From Anaeromyxobacteraceae bacterium (GTDB lineage: Bacteria > Myxococcota > Myxococcia > Myxococcales > Anaeromyxobacteraceae), in NCBI GenBank assembly GCA_047602405.1, contig JASGHJ010000002.1:480001-544000 (forward strand): a stretch of DNA of 64,000 nucleotides. The letters run 5' to 3'. Shown here piece by piece: positions 57,374 through 64,000 of the stretch; within the stretch, counting starts at the first letter, position 1, and each line of letters opens with the position of its first letter. The position numbers were made by a program, and so were the translations under genes. Below the pieces are notes generated by a model. That model was not told the DNA's origin and made no database searches. It saw nothing but the letters and a program-made list of their open reading frames with translations.

Positions 57374-59005
57374 ATGCCCACGCCCGCCTTCCACTACCAG
57401 GACCCGTTCCCCGTCGCGAAGGACGCGACCCGCTACCGGCACCTCGGCAAGGACGGGGTGCGCACGGCCACCTTCGAGGGGAAGGACGTCGTGGTCGTGG
57501 AGCCGGTGGTGCTCGAGCGGCTCGCCCGGGCCGCGCTCCACGACGTGTCGTTCTTCCTGCGCCCCGAGCACAACGAGCTGGTCGCGAAGATCCTGGGCGA
57601 CCCGGCCGCCTCGCCCAACGACAAGGGCGTCGCGCTCGCCTTCCTGCGCAACGCCGAGATCGCCGCCCGCGGCGAGCTGCCCATCTGCCAGGACACCGGC
57701 ACCGCCACCATCGTCGCGAAGAAGGGCCAGCAGGTCTGGACCGGCGCCGACGACGCGGAGTGGCTGTCGCGCGGCGTCTACGCGACCTACACCGAGGACA
57801 ACCTGCGCTACTCGCAGACCGTCGCCCTCGACATGTACCGGGAGGTCAACACCGGCACGAACCTGCCGGCGCAGATCGACATCCTCGCGACCCCGGGCAA
57901 GAAGTACGACTTCCTCTTCGTCGCGAAGGGCGGCGGCTCCGCCAACAAGAGCCTGCTCTTCCAGGAGACGAAGGCGCTCCTCAACCCCGAGCGGCTCGAG
58001 AAGTTCCTCGGCGACAAGTTCCGCCACCTCGGGACCGCCGCCTGCCCGCCGTACCACCTCGCGGTGGTCATCGGCGGCACCTCGGCCGAGCAGACCATGA
58101 AGACGGTGAAGCTCGCGTCGGCGAAGTGGCTCGACGGCCTGCCCACCGAGGGCAACGCGCACGGCCAGGCGTTCCGCGACGTCGCCCTGGAGGCGAAGCT
58201 CCTCGAGCTCGCGCACGGGCTCGGCATCGGCGCCCAGTTCGGCGGCAAGTACTTCGCCCACGACGTGCGGGTCATCCGGCTGCCGCGCCACGGCGCCTCC
58301 TGCCCGGTGGGCATCGGCCTCTCCTGCTCGGCCGATCGCAACGTCCGCGCCCGCATCGACGCCGACGGCGTGTGGCTCGAGGAGCTCGACCGCGACCCCG
58401 GCCGCCTCCTCCCGGTCCAGCTCCGCGGCCCCGGCGCGAAGAAGCACGAGCACGGCGTGAAGATCGACCTCGGCCGCCCGATGAAGGAGATCCAGGCCGA
58501 GCTCTCGAAGCACCCGGTCTCGACGCCGCTCCTGCTCTCCGGCACGCTCGTCGTGGCCCGCGACATCGCCCACGCGAAGTTCAAGGAGCGCCTCGACGCC
58601 GGCGAGGGCGTGCCCCAGTACCTGAAGGACCACCCGGTCTACTACGCGGGCCCGGCGAAGACGCCGAAGGGCAAGCCCTCCGGCTCGTTCGGCCCGACCA
58701 CCGCCGGCCGGATGGACTCGTACGTCGACCTCCTCCAGGCCCACGGCGCCTCCCTCGTCATGATCGCGAAGGGCAACCGCTCGAAGCAGGTCACCGACGC
58801 GTGCAGGAAGCACGGCGGCTTCTACCTCGGCTCGATCGGCGGCCCCGCCGCGGTGCTCGCCGAGGAGAACATCAAGAAGGTGGAGTGCATCGACTACGCC
58901 GAGCTCGGCATGGAGGCGGTCTGGAGGATCGAGGTCGAGGACTTCCCCGCCTTCATCCTCGTGGACGACAAGGGCAACGACTTCTTCGAGCGGCTGGGGT
59001 GCTGA
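57374..59005 (+). CDS. Class I (Fe-S) fumarate hydratase
   Basis: [48 protein letters not shown]. Confidence 0.96.
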   Translation: MPTPAFHYQDPFPVAKDATRYRHLGKDGVRTATFEGKDVVVVEPVVLERLARAALHDVSFFLRPEHNELVAKILGDPAASPNDKGVALAFLRNAEIAARGELPICQDTGTATIVAKKGQQVWTGADDAEWLSRGVYATYTEDNLRYSQTVALDMYREVNTGTNLPAQIDILATPGKKYDFLFVAKGGGSANKSLLFQETKALLNPERLEKFLGDKFRHLGTAACPPYHLAVVIGGTSAEQTMKTVKLASAKWLDGLPTEGNAHGQAFRDVALEAKLLELAHGLGIGAQFGGKYFAHDVRVIRLPRHGASCPVGIGLSCSADRNVRARIDADGVWLEELDRDPGRLLPVQLRGPGAKKHEHGVKIDLGRPMKEIQAELSKHPVSTPLLLSGTLVVARDIAHAKFKERLDAGEGVPQYLKDHPVYYAGPAKTPKGKPSGSFGPTTAGRMDSYVDLLQAHGASLVMIAKGNRSKQVTDACRKHGGFYLGSIGGPAAVLAEENIKKVECIDYAELGMEAVWRIEVEDFPAFILVDDKGNDFFERLGC

Positions 59006-59025
59006 GCCCGCGTTAGGAGCCCGGG

Positions 59026-59442
59026 ATGGCCCGCTACTCGACCCCCATCCCGGCCCTCGCGCTGGGGTTCATGAACGACGATCACGCCGAGGAGCTCCAG
59101 CTCCTCGAGGCCGCGGCCCTGGCGGCCGCGGCGACCCCGCCGCTCGACCGCGCCGCCGTCATGGCGCGCCTCGGCGCGCTCGCCGCGCACACGCAGGCGC
59201 ACTTCGAGCGCGAGGAGGCCGTCATGCGCGAGGTGGGCTTCCCTCCGTACCCGGTGCACAAGGCCGAGCACGACCGCGTGCTCGCCGAGTTCGGCGGCGA
59301 GGTCGCGGCGTACGAGGCGGGCGGCGACGCCGCGCGGCTCCTCGCCTACCTCGACGCGGTGGTCTCGGGCTGGTTCCCGTCGCACATGGCCTCGATGGAC
59401 ACCATCACGGCGCAGTTCGCCGCGATGCGGGGGAAGCGGTGA
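59026..59442 (+). CDS. Bacteriohemerythrin
   Basis: DH, HFEREE, HKAEH, HMASMD. Confidence 0.9.
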   Translation: MARYSTPIPALALGFMNDDHAEELQLLEAAALAAAATPPLDRAAVMARLGALAAHTQAHFEREEAVMREVGFPPYPVHKAEHDRVLAEFGGEVAAYEAGGDAARLLAYLDAVVSGWFPSHMASMDTITAQFAAMRGKR

Positions 59443-60746
59443 GCGCCGCCGCCGCGCTCCTCGCCGTCGCCCTCGTCGCGCCGTCCTTCCCGCCCGTCCG
59501 CACCGCCGCCGAGCAGGGCGCGCTGCGCGACCGCGTCGTGCGCGCGCGGGCCGACCGGCTCGTCGGCCCGGCCATGAAGGCGAACGGGATCGGGATTTGG
59601 ATCACGCTCACCCGCGAGGACGCGCCCGATCCGCTGCTCCGGCTCCTCACGCCCGACGGCACCTACCCGGGCGGCCGGAACGCCTACGTCTTCCTCGAGG
59701 AGGGCAAGGCGCGCGCGACCCGCGTCGCCGTCGGCAGCCACCAGCCGCCCGAGGCGGCCGGCTTCTGGGACGAGGCGGTCGAGGCGCGCGGCGACGAGGT
59801 CGGGGCGCGGCTGCGCGCGCTCGCCGAGCGGGTGCCGGGCCCCATCGCGGTGAACCAGGCCGAGGCCACGCCGCTCGCCGACGGCCTCTCCGCCTCCGCG
59901 CGCGCCTGGCTGGAGGGCGTGCTCGGCCCGCACGCCGCGCGCCTCGTCTCCTCGGAGCGCCTCGTCGTGGACGTCCTCGAGCCGCGGCTCCCCGAGGAAC
60001 TCCCGGCGTGGGAGGAGGCGGCCGCGATCACCCGCGCGCTCTGGGAGACGGCGTTCGACCCGCGCGTGCTCGTGCCGGGCAAGACGAGGGTGGGAGACCT
60101 CGTCGCCCTCCTGCGCGAGCGCGCCGCCGCGCAGCGCGTGGACCTCTGGTTCCGGCCGGACTTCCGCGTGCAGCGCCGCGGCCGGCCCTTCGACCCCGGC
60201 ACGCCCACCGGCCTCGAGGTCGTGATCGAGCCCGGCGACCTCGTCCACATCGACGTCGGCGTCGTGTACGCGGGCCTGCTCTCGACCGACTACCAGCGCA
60301 TGGCCTACGTGCCGCGCCCCGGGGAGCGCGCGCCGCCGGCCGGGCTCGCCGCGGCCCTCGCCGGGACGAACCGCCTGCAGGACCTGCTCGCCGCCGAGAT
60401 GCGCCCCGGGCGCACCGGCCCCGAGGTCCACGAGGCCGCGACGAAGGCGGCCGGCGCGGCCGGGCTCGCCGCGCAGATCTACTCGCACTCCATCGGCACG
60501 AGCGGCCACTTCGTGGGCGCGGCGATCGGCAGCTTCCGGCCCGGCCCCGGCGCGAGGCCCTCGCTGCGCGCGACCTTGCCGCTCCGGCTCGGGGCGGGCA
60601 CCGCCATGGAGCTCAACACGAGGGCGGCCGTGCCGGAGTGGGGCGGGCAGGAGGTCTACGCGATGGAGGAAGACACGACCGTGCTCGAGCCGTCCGGCCC
60701 GCGCTTCCTGGTCCCGCGCCAGACGGCGCTCGTGCTCGTGCGCTGA
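59439..60746 (+). CDS. M24 (aminopeptidase P-like) peptidase
   Basis: GDLVHIDVG, STDYQR, YSHSIG..GH, MEL, MEED. Confidence 0.88.
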   Translation: MSAAAALLAVALVAPSFPPVRTAAEQGALRDRVVRARADRLVGPAMKANGIGIWITLTREDAPDPLLRLLTPDGTYPGGRNAYVFLEEGKARATRVAVGSHQPPEAAGFWDEAVEARGDEVGARLRALAERVPGPIAVNQAEATPLADGLSASARAWLEGVLGPHAARLVSSERLVVDVLEPRLPEELPAWEEAAAITRALWETAFDPRVLVPGKTRVGDLVALLRERAAAQRVDLWFRPDFRVQRRGRPFDPGTPTGLEVVIEPGDLVHIDVGVVYAGLLSTDYQRMAYVPRPGERAPPAGLAAALAGTNRLQDLLAAEMRPGRTGPEVHEAATKAAGAAGLAAQIYSHSIGTSGHFVGAAIGSFRPGPGARPSLRATLPLRLGAGTAMELNTRAAVPEWGGQEVYAMEEDTTVLEPSGPRFLVPRQTALVLVR

Positions 60747-60782
60747 CCGCCGCCGCCCGCGGCGGCGGCGGTCAGCCGGTCC

Positions 60783-61664
60783 TCACCGCGAGGCCGGCAC
60801 GACCAGCACCGGCAGCGTCGAGGTCGCGGCGAGCTCGCTCGCGATGCTCGGCGACACGAGCCGCTCGAGGCCGCCGCGGACGTGCACGCCCACCACGAGG
60901 AACGGCGCCCGGGCCTGCCCGGCGTGCAACACGGCCGCGTCGAAGAGGTCGCCCCGGAGCACGTGGGTGCGCGAGGGGTGGAGCCCGCGCGCGCGGACCC
61001 AGGCGGCGAGGTCCTTCTCGCCCTGCGCGACGAGCACCGCGGTCTCCTCGGCGAGCAGCGCGGCCGGGACGAACTCCGGGCTCGAGGCGGCGAGGTGCGG
61101 CACGACGTGCACGAGGTCGAGCGGCCGCCCGAGCCGCGCGGCGAGCGCGGCCGCGAGGTCGCAGGCGGCCTCGGCGTCCGCGTCGAGGCTGGTCAGGGCG
61201 ACCACGGGCCCCTCGCCGATCGCGCCGCGGCGGAGGTCGGGCGGGACGACGAACGTCGGGCCGGGGGGGTCGCGCAGGAGCCGCCGCGCGACGCGGCCGA
61301 GCCGGACGATCCGGCGCTCGTCGGAGCCGGCGAGGCGGCCGATGATGGCGCCGTCGGCCTTGCGGGAGGCACGCTCGGCGCGCAGCCCCTCGTCGGCGCG
61401 GGTGGCCTGCACCACCTCCAGCTCCACGATCCGGCCCTCGGGATCCTCCTCGTCGAGGACCCGCCGCGCCTGGCCGCGGGCCGCGGCCTCCACCTCCGGG
61501 AGGTGCTGCGTGCGCAGCGCCGCCCGGAGGTGATCCTCCTCGAGCACGTGCACCGCGACGAAGCGCTCGGGTTCCCTGGGCGCGGTCGTGGCGCCGAGCC
61601 AGCTCGCGAACCGCAGCGCGCCCACCGACCGGGGGCGCAGATCGAGGCCGATGATCGACCGCAT
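60783..61664 (-). CDS. Universal stress protein (tandem USP)
   Basis: IIGLD, VHV twice, LGRVARRLL, VVG...SIA......PVLVVP. Confidence 0.88.
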   Translation of the reverse strand: MRSIIGLDLRPRSVGALRFASWLGATTAPREPERFVAVHVLEEDHLRAALRTQHLPEVEAAARGQARRVLDEEDPEGRIVELEVVQATRADEGLRAERASRKADGAIIGRLAGSDERRIVRLGRVARRLLRDPPGPTFVVPPDLRRGAIGEGPVVALTSLDADAEAACDLAAALAARLGRPLDLVHVVPHLAASSPEFVPAALLAEETAVLVAQGEKDLAAWVRARGLHPSRTHVLRGDLFDAAVLHAGQARAPFLVVGVHVRGGLERLVSPSIASELAATSTLPVLVVPASR

Positions 61665-61763
61665 GGCGGGCCTCCTCGTGAGCCCATGGTCCGCCTCGCA
61701 GGGCCCGGCGTCGAGCCCCCGCGGTGGGGCCGTGCGGGACTGCCGCACCGCGGGAGGTCGTGC

Positions 61764-63005
61764 TCAGGGGGCGCCGCGCTGGAGGGCCGGCGGCGGGGTG
61801 AGCGCGGAGGCGCGCTCCGGGACGGCCGCCCAGGTGACCCCGAGGAAGGCGCCGACCTCGCGGAAGCTCCCCTGGATGCTCCGGTGGTCCTGGTTCCAGC
61901 GCCAGCGGAGCCCGCCCTCGAGGTCGATGCCGTCCTCCAGGCGCCGCGTCACGCGGAGCTCGGTGCCCACGGCGAGCGGCTCCCAGACCCTCCGCGAGAC
62001 GCCGTCGAAGCCGAGGACCGGCTCGTCGGGCGGCGAGGAGGCGGCCGCGTTCAGGCCGGCGCCGAGCCCCCAGTCCGGGCCGAGGCGCCAGCCGACCGCG
62101 GTCGTGGCGGTGAACGCCTTGCGGACCGCGCCGGTGACCCGGTCGATGTCCGGGGCGAAGCGCAGCCCGCCGCTGACCGTGATGCCGCTGCGGTCGGGGT
62201 CGCGCACGAAGGTGAGCTCGCCCGAGGGCGCCAGGCCGGTGACGGCCGGCTCGCCGTCGGTGCCCTCCCGGATCCCGTAGACGCCGGCCGAGGCGATCCC
62301 GCGCCAGAGCGGGGCCAGGCGGCGCTCCCAGCGCAGCCCCGCGAGCGCGAAGTCGGCGTCGCGCGCCGGGCCGTTCACCGGCCAGGTGCGCGCCGTGCGG
62401 ACCTCGGTGGTGACGGAGAGCTGATCGCGGACGGTGACGCCCTGGTCGACGAAGAGGGAGAGCCCGCGGTCCCGCTGCGGCGGGAGGACGAGGCGGCTCT
62501 GCGCGTCGAGCCCCTTCGCGTCCCCGATGAAGCCGCGGAGGGTCGCGACGGTCCGCGGCCCGAAGCGCAGCGCGACGTCGGCCTGCGCGCGCGCGTCGAG
62601 GATGTGCTGGACCTCGGAGGTCGGCGGCAGCGCGTAGGGCGAGAAGTCGGTCCAGGCGTCGGCCAGCGGGTCGAGCACCGAGCGGACGAGGCCGCCGACG
62701 AGGGTGAGGTGGAGGTCGGGGTGGGGCGCCGCGTCCCCACGGAGGAGGAGGCGGTGGTCGAGGTTGGCGTGCTTCGAGATCTCGGGCGACCAGAGCCGGG
62801 GCGCGTAGGTGGTGCGCAGCCGGAACGCGTGGCCCTCGAGCGTCGCGCCGACGGTCGGCGTGAGCTCCCCCGCCTGCCGGGTCTGTGGCGAGAGCGACTC
62901 GAGGAGGGGGGAGAGGCGGGTGCTGCGCGCCTCGGCCCGCACCGAGAGATCGAGGGCCAGGCTCGGCGCCCCGAGCGCCAGCGCGAGTGCCGCGGCCGCG
63001 ATCAT
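61764..63005 (-). CDS. Outer-membrane beta-barrel protein associated with polysaccharide export
   Basis: Signal peptide, amphipathic strands, FLGVTW near the C-terminus, directly downstream of OPX. Confidence 0.65.
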   Translation of the reverse strand: MIAAAALALALGAPSLALDLSVRAEARSTRLSPLLESLSPQTRQAGELTPTVGATLEGHAFRLRTTYAPRLWSPEISKHANLDHRLLLRGDAAPHPDLHLTLVGGLVRSVLDPLADAWTDFSPYALPPTSEVQHILDARAQADVALRFGPRTVATLRGFIGDAKGLDAQSRLVLPPQRDRGLSLFVDQGVTVRDQLSVTTEVRTARTWPVNGPARDADFALAGLRWERRLAPLWRGIASAGVYGIREGTDGEPAVTGLAPSGELTFVRDPDRSGITVSGGLRFAPDIDRVTGAVRKAFTATTAVGWRLGPDWGLGAGLNAAASSPPDEPVLGFDGVSRRVWEPLAVGTELRVTRRLEDGIDLEGGLRWRWNQDHRSIQGSFREVGAFLGVTWAAVPERASALTPPPALQRGAP

Positions 63006-63008
63006 CGG

Positions 63009-63638
63009 CTACTCGACCACGATGACGTCGCCGTGGCGCATCCGGAAGGTCGAGGCCGGGCGCTTGCCGGCGGCGAGGTCCCCCCAGCGGAAGCGGATCC
63101 GCACCGGGTCCGCCTTGCTCGAGAGGTCCTGGCGCAGCACGAAGATGCGGTCGTCGGCCGCGTACTGCGTGCGGCCGCCCGCGGCCGCCAGCGCGTGGAG
63201 GAGGGCGGCGCCACGCTCGAGGTCGTACGCGCCGGGGCGGGCGACCTCGCCGAGCACCGACACCTTCACCGGCCGCGCCTCCTCGACGGTGACCGTGACG
63301 ATCGGCTCCTTCACGTAGGTCTTGAACCGGCCCTCGAGGTTCTTCGCGAGCTCGGCGGGCGTGAGGTTCGCGGCCTCGACGTCCTGGAGGAACGGCATCG
63401 TCACGCGCCCGTCCTCGCGGACGCGCAGCCGGGGCGCGCTCATCGCGTCCTGGCCCCACACGCGGATGCCGATGAGATCGCCGGGCGCGACGCGGTAGGC
63501 GCCATCCTCCGCCCTGTCGGCGGAGAGCTGATCCACCCAGATGTACTTCCCGGTGGTGCCGCACGCGAAGAGTGCGGCGACGGCGAGCGCGAGCGCGGCG
63601 CGGCGCGGGAGAGCAGTGGAGGTCATGGTTGGCGGCAT
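63009..63638 (-). CDS. Short polysaccharide export (OPX/Wza-like) lipoprotein
   Basis: LFAC lipobox, YRVAPGD, VREDGRVTMPF, VSVLGEV.RPG.Y, GDVIVVE. Confidence 0.93.
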   Translation of the reverse strand: MPPTMTSTALPRRAALALAVAALFACGTTGKYIWVDQLSADRAEDGAYRVAPGDLIGIRVWGQDAMSAPRLRVREDGRVTMPFLQDVEAANLTPAELAKNLEGRFKTYVKEPIVTVTVEEARPVKVSVLGEVARPGAYDLERGAALLHALAAAGGRTQYAADDRIFVLRQDLSSKADPVRIRFRWGDLAAGKRPASTFRMRHGDVIVVE

Positions 63639-63783
63639 CGTAGCGCGCGCGGCGCCCGGGTCACAGGGGAATGGGTCCCGGCCGGGGCGCGATCACCGTG
63701 CCGAGAGCGTGGGTCCCTCGAACGCGGCGCAGTCCGGAGGGCGGCCGCGGTGCGATACAGTCGCGCCTCCTGGAGGGGACCTC

Positions 63784-64000
63784 ATGCAGCGGATCTCGCT
63801 CTTCACGCCGGGCTCGAGCCCGAAGCACGTGCTCGCCGTCGGCGCCCACGCCGACGACATCGAGATCGGCTGCGGCGGCACGCTGCTGCGGCTCGCCGCG
63901 GAGCACCCCGACCTGCAGGTGAGCTGGGTCGTGCTCTGCTCCACCCCCGAGCGCCGGCGCGAGGCCGAGGCCTCGGCGGAGCTGTTCCTCGCGGGCGTGA
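63784..64000 (+). CDS. PIG-L/LmbE family deacetylase (3' truncated by window)
   Basis: Own translation MQRISLF...VLAVGAHADDIEIGCGGTLL...RRREA; GGAGG RBS. Confidence 0.9.
   Translation, partial: MQRISLFTPGSSPKHVLAVGAHADDIEIGCGGTLLRLAAEHPDLQVSWVVLCSTPERRREAEASAELFLAGV

Noticed and set aside
1..64000. tRNA, rRNA, CRISPR arrays, prophage or defence systems
   Set aside because: None recognised by eye; tRNAscan/Infernal were not run, so small RNAs may be missed

Overview
GC-rich bacterial DNA whose gene content resembles Anaeromyxobacter/Myxococcota (inferred from content only). The left end holds an intact IS110-family (IS1111-type) element at 598-2067. Its 3' non-coding end folds into a bridge-RNA-like structure with guide loops matching its own insertion site and circle junction. 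It sits inside a ~620-bp non-coding fold-back repeat that has a second, empty copy at 38.9-39.5 kb. The centre (~20.5-46.3 kb) is a molybdenum/tungsten-enzyme island: modABC, an anion porin, an HTH-PBP regulator, moaA, moeA, and a selenocysteine formate dehydrogenase operon (fdnGHI-fdhE). It also contains a sigma54-type operon coupling an outer-membrane beta-barrel and a 6-7-heme cytochrome c to a YdhY/YdhV/YdhW-like aldehyde oxidoreductase module, next to a CxxCH sensor kinase and NtrC-type regulator. Other genes include hutU/I/G, a BlaI/BlaR1-type pair with operators, ECF sigma + YCII, DGC/PilZ, class I fumarase and an OPX + beta-barrel export pair. Four single-base frameshifts are probably assembly errors. 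All product calls come from motif recognition by eye, not database searches.
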